Positions 63,572-64,000 of a DNA stretch of 64,000 nt are shown piece after piece. The stretch is from an uncultured Acidobacteriota bacterium. Its GTDB lineage: Bacteria; Acidobacteriota; Blastocatellia; RBC074. The DNA lies in the NCBI GenBank assembly GCA_963796275.1, contig CAWCKY010000001.1, positions 416,001-480,000 on the forward strand. The letters run 5' to 3'. The notes beneath the pieces were generated by a model. The model was not told where the DNA came from and made no database searches. It saw nothing but the letters and a program-made list of their open reading frames with translations. Each line of letters opens with the position of its first letter. Position 1 is the stretch's first letter. The position numbers and the translations under genes were made by a program.

Positions 63572-64000
63572 TCTCAAAACAGAGTTGTAGTTGGTTGGTG
63601 TCGGCGGGTGCAGATTTCGGCAAAATTACATCGGCAACCGTCAGTCCGCTTCTTAGTAGCTCTAATTCTTCATTATCGTCCAGAGGCGATTTAAGCAACG
63701 TTCCATCAGGACTTGGTTCCAGTCTCAGCACTTCTTCTGCCCCGATTCCTTCGTCGGCGAGCATTTCTTCTGAATGTGTACTGATAATCACCTGTCGTCT
63801 GGTTCTACGGTGGCGATTCACTCGTTCAATCAACTGTGGCAGATGGCGTACAACCTCTGAGTGCAAAGATAATTCAGGTTCCTCCATCAGCAATGGACCT
63901 TCTCCCTCGAAGAGCGACCATAGAAGGCCAAAGAGTCGGAGAGTTCCATCCGAGAACTGGGTTTCATTCTGGTTGCCTGCCTTAGGACGCCAGTGCTCGA
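63546..64000 (-). CDS. AAA_21-type ABC-like ATPase (5'-truncated by window edge)
   Basis: QFSDGTLRL signature, LLMEEPELSLH (Walker B/D-loop), QVIISTHS. Confidence 0.85.
   Translation of the reverse strand, partial: EHWRPKAGNQNETQFSDGTLRLFGLLWSLFEGEGPLLMEEPELSLHSEVVRHLPQLIERVNRHRRTRRQVIISTHSEEMLADEGIGAEEVLRLEPSPDGTLLKSPLDDNEELELLRSGLTVADVILPKSAPADTNQLQLCFENGTHTHTR

Overview
A mostly core-genome window from a bacterium that is probably in Acidobacteriota. This taxonomic call is an inference from the Acidobacteria-type VWA protein, the SBBP/DUF7948-type propeller proteins and the tmRNA tag ANNELAMAA. The centre (22.4-43.5 kb) is the str-S10-spc-alpha ribosomal superoperon from rpsL to rplQ. It is flanked by argS, DAHP synthase, htrA, rph, murI, tmRNA, an aroDE fusion, a thioredoxin-NHL protein, hemF, accBC, tRNA-Arg(CCG), secA, an SbcC/Rad50-like ATPase, a tandem pair of SBBP beta-propeller genes, and an AAA-ATPase/DUF4276-like pair at the right edge. 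Six genes (murI, fusA, rplV, accB, an APC permease and one SBBP copy) carry single-base frameshifts that most likely reflect sequencing error. The main signals not explained by standard genes are: (i) many intergenic hairpins made of 7-bp (and separately 9-bp) periodic tandem units, in several unrelated sequence families, including inside the ribosomal operon; (ii) a 26-aa Lys/Ala histone-tail-like microprotein with its own promoter, RBS and terminator; (iii) a candidate sigma54-dependent sRNA of about 100 nt; (iv) a duplicated secreted propeller pair whose differences cluster in loops. No CRISPR array, rRNA, integrase or transposase was seen.
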